A stretch of DNA of 64,000 bases from Propionibacteriaceae bacterium (GTDB lineage: Bacteria > Actinomycetota > Actinomycetes > Propionibacteriales > Propionibacteriaceae), in the NCBI GenBank assembly GCA_009779115.1, contig WREX01000001.1, positions 10,878-74,877 on the forward strand, given 5' to 3'. A model generated the notes under the pieces. The model made no database searches, had not been told where the DNA came from, and saw nothing but the letters and a program-made list of their open reading frames with translations. A program made the position numbers and the translations under genes. Position 1 is the first letter of the stretch. The number at the start of each line of letters is the position of its first letter. Below, piece by piece: positions 9,030 through 16,700 of this stretch.

Positions 9030-9375
9030 GGGACACCGCAGCCTGTGATGGATGGACGCGGGACATTTCTGAGATCATCTATTAATTGATATCTCTACGG
9101 TCGTGTACCCGTACATTTTCCGTTGATTGGTCGATGGGCGGATGGGATGTCTGGAGACGCGGGCCGGTGCTCCCGTCGTACTGGGGCATATCGGCAAATC
9201 AGAAGCGCATCAGGAGGGCGGAGGTATGGCTGGGTTGCGGGCTCAGCTGAGAAATCAGATAGAAATTTTCCTGATGACATGGAGGTTTATCCCTATAGCA
9301 AGGAGCCGGTGTGTGTTGTTATCGTCATCACTACACATGGCATACAGCCTGCTTATTGATCTAAGGAGATTCCCC

Positions 9376-9672
9376 ATGGCAAATGTGAATGTAACCTACG
9401 AAGAGATGACCGCAGCGGCTAACCGGCTGATGACTGGTGAACAAGATATCACTACACAGCTCAACGAGTTGAAGTCGTACATTGGGAACCTGGTCTCGAG
9501 CGGATTCGTGACCGATCAGGCATCGGTCAAGTTCAACGAGACGTACACCAACTTCACCACGAGTGCCACCCAGACCATCGGCGCTCTCGACGGACTGGCC
9601 CAGTACCTCACGCAGGCTGCCCAGGCCATGCAAGAAACTGACTCGCAACTGGCAGCCGGTCTCGGGCAATGA
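9376..9672 (+). CDS. esxA: WXG100/EsxA-like small helical-hairpin protein (type VII secretion substrate/component)
   Basis: 98 aa starting at ATG 9376, 7 nt after AAGGAG. The N-terminus reads MANVNVTYEEMTAAANRL. The C-terminal tail AQAMQETDSQLAAGLGQ parallels the S. aureus EsxA tail. The gene lies in an operon with an FtsK/SpoIIIE ATPase. The central W-x-G is replaced by SGF. Confidence 0.8.
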   Translation: MANVNVTYEEMTAAANRLMTGEQDITTQLNELKSYIGNLVSSGFVTDQASVKFNETYTNFTTSATQTIGALDGLAQYLTQAAQAMQETDSQLAAGLGQ

Positions 9673-10268
9673 CAACCATCACCGGACTGAATGGTGCCAC
9701 GGGTGCGGAGTGGTACTCCTGGCCCGTCGGCACCCCAGTCGGGGCCCTGGACGAGGTCGCCCGCCGCTTCACCGACGACACAGGACTGTGTGAAAACGCT
9801 TCCGCGTCGATCACGGCCCTAGACCACAGACTGTCCCAGATGGGGGCGGCCATGGGCGGGGTGTGGGCCCCGCCCCAGATGGCGGGGCTGATCACAGCCC
9901 AGTGGTGGGCAGGCATCCTTGTTTCTCCCGACGACAGTCAATTTCGCTCTGCCCGTCGCTATGAACGCATCGTGTCAGGACGGGATTTCGACGGGGTCGT
10001 CACGGTGTACGACCAGGACCTTCAGTCATTGTACGTTGATGACATGGAGGCGATCCTCACCATTGAGACTCGCGGCTCGGGCGATGAGACCCAACCTTAC
10101 ATTTTCGCTCGGGCTGTTTATTTCCCTTTGTGGACGACGGCTCGACCCATTCTTGAAGCCGCTTGCCCCGTCTTCACCCAGGTGGCAGAGTTCGCCGCCG
10201 AAATCACGGCGATTGCCAGCTCCCTCCACATCCTCACCTCCAACACCGAGACAAGGACTGCATCATGA
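9669..10268 (+). CDS. hypothetical protein, T7SS-locus associated (no recognisable family)
   Basis: 199 aa. Its ATG overlaps the esxA-like stop (ATGA), so translational coupling is likely. No TM helix seen. Confidence 0.6.
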   Translation: MTTITGLNGATGAEWYSWPVGTPVGALDEVARRFTDDTGLCENASASITALDHRLSQMGAAMGGVWAPPQMAGLITAQWWAGILVSPDDSQFRSARRYERIVSGRDFDGVVTVYDQDLQSLYVDDMEAILTIETRGSGDETQPYIFARAVYFPLWTTARPILEAACPVFTQVAEFAAEITAIASSLHILTSNTETRTAS

Positions 10269-11146
10269 CCCGCAGATTCTCCTTCGTCCTGCCCGATCGG
10301 TGGTGGCGCATACCGCTCATCAATAAACAGGCGCGAACAGCTAACATTGACCATGTCGTCGATAGTCAGTTCCCCAACATCGATGAGGCCGCCGCCCTCA
10401 GGCACGACATCAAGACTGAACTCCAGAAGGTGGCTGACCAAGCAGTCCGGGCTGGGGGAATTGTCATGGCCATCTACCTCCAGCACATCGAGGAAGTGCC
10501 AATCACAGCGACCATGACCTGCTACGACATTTCCGGGAAGCTCGCGCTGCCCGAGCAGATCGACCCGGCGAAGCTTCTTGCCATGTATGTGGGAGACAAG
10601 GAACTGGAGGACAGTCTGCCGGATCTAGAGGAGATGCTGTTCCCTGATCGTATTCGTACTGAATCAGATGAGGCGCCGGATTCGGCAGAGGAGACAGGCG
10701 GTACTTCCGCATCGGGAGATCGGACAGGCGAAACCCCTCCAGCGGAGGACCAGCAAAGCTACATCACCGAAGCTGGACCCCAGGAAGCTGACACCCCGAG
10801 CCTGGCAGCGCAGACACCTCCCCAAGGCGGTGACCACACCGACGAATCGGAGGAACCCCGGCCAGTATGGACGAAGGTCACTTCCTTCAATGTGCTCGCG
10901 TACCGGCAGGAGAAAATCACCCCGGGGACGGACTATTTCGGACCCGGCGCTCCGCTGATCCCCCAGCTGCAGGTCACCTACGCACAAATTGTCAAGAACT
11001 TTGGGCTCGTGCAGACAGTCTTCTCGACACCGGTGATCCCGGCAAGGGATGCCTGGGTGCCCATGTTCGACGCGATGATCGCCGCATTCCGGACCGGTGC
11101 GCCCGATGCGGACACCACAGAAACAACCGATTCCAAGGAGGTGTGA
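10265..11146 (+). CDS. hypothetical acidic protein with disordered central insert, T7SS-locus associated
   Basis: Start taken at ATG 10265, which overlaps the upstream stop (ATGA). 293 aa beginning MTRRFSFVLPDRWWRIPL. A central stretch of about 80 aa is rich in E/D/P/T. Confidence 0.6.
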   Translation: MTRRFSFVLPDRWWRIPLINKQARTANIDHVVDSQFPNIDEAAALRHDIKTELQKVADQAVRAGGIVMAIYLQHIEEVPITATMTCYDISGKLALPEQIDPAKLLAMYVGDKELEDSLPDLEEMLFPDRIRTESDEAPDSAEETGGTSASGDRTGETPPAEDQQSYITEAGPQEADTPSLAAQTPPQGGDHTDESEEPRPVWTKVTSFNVLAYRQEKITPGTDYFGPGAPLIPQLQVTYAQIVKNFGLVQTVFSTPVIPARDAWVPMFDAMIAAFRTGAPDADTTETTDSKEV

Positions 11147-11147
11147 C

Positions 11148-12146
11148 ATGCAGTATCCCCAACTACGTATCGACGCTGAGATATTGTTCAATGCAGGAAA
11201 CTCATTGAAAAGTGTTTCGGCTGATTTCGGCGAAGCCGGCCAACAGGCCAAGGATGTCGCAGGGCTAGTTGGGCATGAATCGGTGGCACATGCGATCCGA
11301 CAGTTCGCCGACACCTGGGATGACCGCAGGGCAAACATGAAGAAAGCCATCGATTCCCTCGCCGATGCCACAACCCAGATCGGCCAGGCCGTTGTGGACC
11401 TTGATCATCAACTCGGTGATTGTCTGGAGCCTCCTGGCACGGGAGTCCCCGGGCAAATCCCCAAGGAGCCGTATCCAGGACCCAACCCTCCGCCTGGTGG
11501 TCCGTACCCGCCTGGTGGTCCGTACCCGCCTGCTGGACCGTACCCGCCTGCTGGACCGTACCCGCCAGCTGGACCGTACCCGCCTGCTGGACCGTACCCA
11601 CCTGGTGGACCGTACCCACCCAGCGGACCCAACCCGCCTGCTGGACCGTACCCGCCTGCTGGACCGTACCCACCTGGTGGACCGTACCCGCCTGGTGGAC
11701 CGTACCCGCCGGCTGGACCGTACCCGCCTGGTGGACCGTACCCACCCAGCGGACCCAACCCGCCGGCTGGACCGTACCCGCCTGCTGGACCGTACCCACC
11801 CAGCGGACCCAACCCGCCTGCTGGACCGTACCCACCTGCTGGACCGTACCCGCCTGCTGGACCGTACCCGCCAGCTGGACCGTACCCGCCAGCTGGACCG
11901 TACCCGCCAGCTGGACCGTACCCGCCAGCTGGACCGTACCCGCCAGCTGGACCGTACCCACCTGCTGGACCGTACCCACCCAGCGGACCCAACCCGCCAG
12001 TAGGACCATACCCACCTGCCCCCGGACCTGGACCTACTCCTTCTCCGCTGCCCTCTCCACACCCGAACCCACCGGCACCGCACCCGAACCCGTATCCGCA
12101 TCCGTACCCAACGCCTCCACCGGACTCGACTAGACCACCCAGGTGA
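11148..12146 (+). CDS. helical N-terminal domain protein with a roughly 230-aa proline-rich tail, about 175 aa of it (GPYPPA)n hexapeptide repeats
   Basis: ATG 11148 lies 8 nt after AAGGAGG and 1 nt after the upstream stop. The N-terminal 100 aa (LRIDAEILFNAGNSLKSVSADF...WDDRRANMKKAIDSLADATTQIG) look like small helical T7SS-associated proteins. About 29 hexapeptide repeats follow, then a PxP-rich end. Confidence 0.7.
   Translation: MQYPQLRIDAEILFNAGNSLKSVSADFGEAGQQAKDVAGLVGHESVAHAIRQFADTWDDRRANMKKAIDSLADATTQIGQAVVDLDHQLGDCLEPPGTGVPGQIPKEPYPGPNPPPGGPYPPGGPYPPAGPYPPAGPYPPAGPYPPAGPYPPGGPYPPSGPNPPAGPYPPAGPYPPGGPYPPGGPYPPAGPYPPGGPYPPSGPNPPAGPYPPAGPYPPSGPNPPAGPYPPAGPYPPAGPYPPAGPYPPAGPYPPAGPYPPAGPYPPAGPYPPAGPYPPSGPNPPVGPYPPAPGPGPTPSPLPSPHPNPPAPHPNPYPHPYPTPPPDSTRPPR
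11478..12020 (+). repeat. 18-bp tandem repeat array (about 29-30 units), consensus GGACCGTACCCGCCTGCT, encoding GPYPP[AGS]
   Basis: Direct reading shows units in the pattern G A A A A G S/N-A A G G A G S/N-A A S/N-A A(x8) S/N-V A. The variant pair GPYPPS-GPNPPA recurs 4 times. All six frames are open across the array. Confidence 0.95.
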
Positions 12147-12186
12147 GAGCCGACGGTGATGACGGGAATGAGAATCAGGCATCACT

Positions 12187-12229
12187 CGGTGGTGTGTGGC
12201 GACGCACTGCTCATCGCCACACACCACTG
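12187..12229 (+). terminator. strong stem-loop (14-bp perfect stem, 11-nt loop) downstream of the repeat-protein gene
   Basis: GTGGTGTGTGGCGA (12189-12202) pairs perfectly with TCGCCACACACCAC (12214-12227). It lies about 43 nt after the TGA at 12146. No U-tract follows, so it may be a terminator, an attenuator or an mRNA-processing or stabilising element. Confidence 0.5.
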
Positions 12230-12328
12230 TGAATACCAAAATCCGACACGTGGATGGCAGCCGGGCAACCCGACAAACCATCCATCCGACAATCAACGAC
12301 CACTGCGAAACAGTGAAAGAAGCCGATC

Positions 12329-13720
12329 ATGACACACAGAACCAATTGGAAAGTCTTGCGTACAACCGACCCCATGCCCGGAGATGTTCCCGGCATCCGT
12401 GACGCCGCTGATCACTATCAACAGATCACCACAGCCCTGACGACGACCCGTGATGATCTGGACACTGTGATGACTCGCGGATACAGCACAGACATGATCT
12501 CGGAGGCGGTGGACGCGATTCGTCAAACGGCCCAGAAGGTCAGAGACGCGGTGGATCAAGTTAGTGGACGCTACTGTGTTGTAGCGGGAGAATTGCACAG
12601 TTTCGCTACTTCCTTGGATGCGACCCAAACCCAGGCTGACTGGGCCGAAGGAGACGCTCAAGCCGCTACTCAGGCAGTCAAAGAGGCCCAGCAGAATGAG
12701 GCTATCTACAACGACCAGATCAACAAGCTCAAACTACAGATCAAGACCCAACAGCACGATGACCCGACGCAGTCCGACCCCACTACTCTTCAGCGGCTCC
12801 AGGATAAATTGGCTCAAGCTCAGCGACAACTCAGAGAGGTCGTACACGACATTTCTGATGCCCAAGGACGCATCGAAACAGCCTCCAACGACCTAGATAC
12901 CGCACTCGCAACATGGAACACGGCTGCAGAGCAAGTATCCGACACAATCCTGAGTCAACTCCAGTGCGACGGCCTGAATGACACCTGGTGGCTGAACTGG
13001 GGCCAAGACCTCTTCGGGTGGGCAATAGACCTCGCTGATTGGTTTGTCGACTCCATGGCCGAAATCTTGGATGGGATCTCCAAGATGATCGAAGGCTTGA
13101 TGGGCATGCTGGATGCGCTGGAAACGGGAGACCGGGATAAGTTCACGGATGCTTTCTTGGGCATGATGGACGGGTTGTCACTCTTGGCTGGCGCCCTTTC
13201 TAGCCTCCTGGGTGCCATAGCAACTGTTCTGAGTTTTATCCCGGGTTTGCAGGAGGCCGCTTTAGGCTTTAGCCTGGCGTCGGTCATCGTAGCAGGGGTC
13301 CAAGTCCTGGCCGACGTCGTCCTCGCCGCCAATCACAGGAAATCGTGGTCGACTGTGGGAGAGGAAGCGGTTTTAGCATTGGCGGGTGCTGCCCTGCGCG
13401 GACTCTCAGGACCGACCTTCGAAGGTGCCCTGCGTTCGGTTCTCCCCGCAAACGTGGTCAAGACCTTGTTTGCAGATGATACATTTGGCGCTGTCCTGGA
13501 CACATTTGGTACTGGCCTCACGGAATATCAGATTATCAACAATCAAGAATTGAACTACTCCATGCCGTCATTGAACCCCTCCTACGACTGGAGCAATATG
13601 CCTGAAAGTGAACAAGTGGGCATGGCCACCATGTTTGTCGCCGACGCCTATGTGCAATCGGAGGCGACTAGCTGGCGTAACTGGGGCAACACACTCGACA
13701 ACATCAAGAATGACTTCTAA
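12329..13720 (+). CDS. putative T7SS-secreted protein: N-terminal helical targeting domain plus C-terminal small-xxx-small membrane hairpin
   Basis: 463 aa. The N-terminus TTDPMPGDVPGIRDAADHYQQI resembles the actinobacterial putative T7SS secretion-signal domain. Residues 100-215 are coiled-coil-like. Residues 281-335, GLSLLAGALSSLLGAIATVLSFIPGLQEAALGFSLASVIVAGVQVLADVVLAA, form a glycine-zipper-like hydrophobic hairpin. Confidence 0.6.
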   Translation: MTHRTNWKVLRTTDPMPGDVPGIRDAADHYQQITTALTTTRDDLDTVMTRGYSTDMISEAVDAIRQTAQKVRDAVDQVSGRYCVVAGELHSFATSLDATQTQADWAEGDAQAATQAVKEAQQNEAIYNDQINKLKLQIKTQQHDDPTQSDPTTLQRLQDKLAQAQRQLREVVHDISDAQGRIETASNDLDTALATWNTAAEQVSDTILSQLQCDGLNDTWWLNWGQDLFGWAIDLADWFVDSMAEILDGISKMIEGLMGMLDALETGDRDKFTDAFLGMMDGLSLLAGALSSLLGAIATVLSFIPGLQEAALGFSLASVIVAGVQVLADVVLAANHRKSWSTVGEEAVLALAGAALRGLSGPTFEGALRSVLPANVVKTLFADDTFGAVLDTFGTGLTEYQIINNQELNYSMPSLNPSYDWSNMPESEQVGMATMFVADAYVQSEATSWRNWGNTLDNIKNDF

Positions 13721-13738
13721 CACCGTGGGGAGTGTCCA

Positions 13739-16700
13739 GTGAAGATTCGGCTCACTCTTGCGACGGATGCGGGGCCGCGTGACATTACGGTGACTGCGGA
13801 TGCCACGGCCACCATCGGGGATGTTGCCTCCACTATCCGGCGCAGTCTCGCTTTTCAGGCGGGGCTGGCGCCGGGGGGTAACCCGGGGCCTCGGATGACT
13901 CTTCAGACGCTGTCGGCCACGGGGTTGGTCGAGCGGACGCTCTTGTCGCAGTCCAGTTTGTCGGACGCTGGTCTGTTGTCGGGGGCGACGATCCAGTTGG
14001 TGGTCTTAGACGCCATGCCCTCCCGGATTGACGACCATGCTGGTGCGGCGGCGTACCTGCATATCCTGTCGGGGCCGCAGACGGGACAGGCACTGCCGCT
14101 GCGCTCAGGACCCAACACCATCGGGCGCAGTCCGGGGGCCGACATCACCATCGACGATCCGTTCGTGTCCAGCATCCATGCCCGGATTGTCGTTTCGGAC
14201 CACATCGAGATCATCGACATGAACTCTGCCAATGGGATCGCCGTGGGGTCGGGTCTCGTGGAGCGGTCCAACCTCGAAGCCCATGACACAGTCACCCTGG
14301 GCGACACGAGCTTCCGGGTGGAACGCAACCCATCCGCGGGAGCTTCCTCGTCATGGACGACTTCGATCGAATTCAACCGTTCGCCTCAGATCTGGCCGGC
14401 TTACGCTGGTCGGACCTTCAAGCTTCCCCAGCCTGCCGGACCCACCAAGCCCGGGAAATTCCCCCTGGTCGCCATGGTTGCCCCGCTGATCATGGGAAGC
14501 GTGATGTACCTGTTCACTCACAACATCATGAGCGTCATTTTCGTGGCTCTCAGTCCGCTCATCGCGATCGGGACATGGCTGGACCGCCGGGTCACCGACC
14601 GCCGGGAGAAGAAACAACAGACCCAGCGGTTCCGGGATGAGATCGAGACCGCGTCAACTCAGATCCATCAGGCCCTGGCTGAAGAACAACAGGCCCGTTG
14701 TCAGGAAATCCCTTCCCTGCAAACCTTAGTTGCTTCGGTCTCACAACTGGCCCCCACCCTGTGGCACCGCCGTCCCGATCAGGAGAATTTCCTGACACTC
14801 ATGACCGGGTACGGCACTGCCGCCTCTCGATCAACCGTCGACTTGCCGCAACGTGGCGAAGGCTCCTCACAACTGTGGCAACTCGCCACCGACCTCCAGG
14901 CCCACTCTCAAACAGTCGACAACGTCCCCATCCTCGTACCACTGCGCACAACCGGAAACCTGGGGATCGCAGGGACTCCGGCCTGGCTCGACTCCGTGGC
15001 CTGCGCCATCGTCGCCCAACTGGCCTGTCTGCATTCTCCCGCTGAAGTCGTCATCACTGGAATCGCTTCCGTGGCCTCCTGCCGGCGGTGGAACTGGTTG
15101 ATGTGGCTGCCTCACGTCGGATCGACCCACTCGCCGATCGAAGGGCCCCACCTCGCCACCTCCCCCGCCGAAGTCTCCTCCCTGGTCTCCCGGCTGGAGG
15201 AGTTGTCCGCCAAACGCCGCGAACTGCGACGCGACGCCGCGACGGCGTTGCCAGCCGTCGTCCTCGTGGTGGAGAACGACGCCCCCATCGAGCGGGGGCG
15301 TCTGGTGTCTTTGGCAGAGAACGGCCCTGACACCGGGATACACCTGATCTGGATGACCCCCGAACAGCACGACCTGCCAGCAGCCTGCCATGCGTTCTTC
15401 GTGGAAAACCACAGTGAGCACACCATGCACATCGGTTTTACCCAGGACAACACCTGGACCCAGATCACCTCCTGCGAGACTCTGACACCGGCCGACGCCT
15501 TGGTTGTGGCCCGCAGGATGTCCCCGATCCACGACGCCGGGGCACCGATGATCGACCAGTCCGATCTGCCGCGCGCCATCTCGTACCTCGCCCTGGCAGG
15601 CCCTGAACTCGCGGATGACCCGTCCTTCACTGTGACCCGGTGGAGAGAGAACGGTTCCATCCTCGGCCCGGGGGAACTCCCGCCTTCCTCGGGGAGCAAC
15701 CTGCGGGGCCTGATCGGGCAAGGCGCCCACGGGGAGTTCGTCCTCGACCTGCGTATCCACGGGCCACACGCCCTGGTCGGTGGCACGACCGGCGCGGGCA
15801 AGTCGGAATTCCTCCAGGCCTGGGTCCTGGGGATGGCCGCCGCCAACAGCCCCAAACGAATCACCTTCTTGTTCGTCGATTACAAGGGCGGGGCGGCCTT
15901 CGCGGACTGCATCAAGCTGCCGCATTGCGTGGGTCTGGTCACCGACCTCAGCGCCCATCTGGTTCGCCGGGCTCTGACTTCACTGAAAGCCGAGTTGCGA
16001 TACAGGGAGCACTTGCTGAACGAGAAGAAAGCCAAAGACCTCGTCTCGCTGGAAGCCACCGGCGATCCGGATTGCCCACCCTCGCTCATCATCATCGTGG
16101 ACGAGTTCGCCGCGCTGGCCAAGGAGATCCCCGAGTTCGTCGACGGTGTCGTCGATGTCGCCCAGAGGGGGCGGTCGCTGGGCATGCACCTGATCATGGC
16201 CACACAGCGCCCGGCCGGGGTCATCCGGGACAACTTGCGTGCCAACACCAATTTGAGGATCGCCTTGCGCATGGCGGATGAGACCGATTCCACAGATGTC
16301 ATCGGTACTCCGCTGGCCTCCAGCTTCGACTCGCGTACCCCTGGCCGGGGAGCAGTACGAACAGGCCCGGGCCGTATCGCACTGTTCCAGTCCGGCTATG
16401 CGGGTGGCCAGACGACCAGCGAACCGGAACCGGCACGCATCGACGTGGAGACTCTGTGTTTCGGGGCCGGGGCGCCATGGGAGATCCCGAGCGACCGAGC
16501 ACCAAAACCTCAGCAATCGGGCACCAAGGACATCAGCCGGATCGTCTCCAGTATCTGCCAGGCCGCTGCGATCACCGCCATACCCGAGCCACGTAAACCC
16601 TGGTTGCCCGACCTCGACTCGGCCTATGACCTCGCGACTCTGTTCGCGGCCAGCACCCAGCGAGCGCGCGATACCTCGGTCACGGCTCTCGCTCTGGGGG

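Noticed and set aside
9127-9375. N-terminal extensions given by the ORF track. These are 9127 for esxA-like, 19276 for FHA/HTH, 22534 and 23942 for the FHA proteins, 60096 for DUF2142, 47504 for glmS and 39065 for Trm112.
   Set aside because: The extensions have Arg/Pro/Gly-rich non-protein-like composition and overlap the upstream genes. Internal ATGs with RBS or ATGA coupling give family-typical N-termini.
11478-12020. Possible CRISPR array, because of regularly repeated short units.
   Set aside because: The units are directly adjacent 18-mers with no spacers. They lie inside a coding frame, and no cas genes are present.
11188-12296. Long ORFs in other frames and on the antisense strand across the repeat array (for example 11408..11992 encoding GGYGPA repeats, 11265..12296 and 11420..12133).
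   Set aside because: The 18-bp unit lacks stop codons in all six frames, so open frames are automatic. Only the 11148 frame has an RBS, a coupled start and a non-repetitive folded N-terminal domain.
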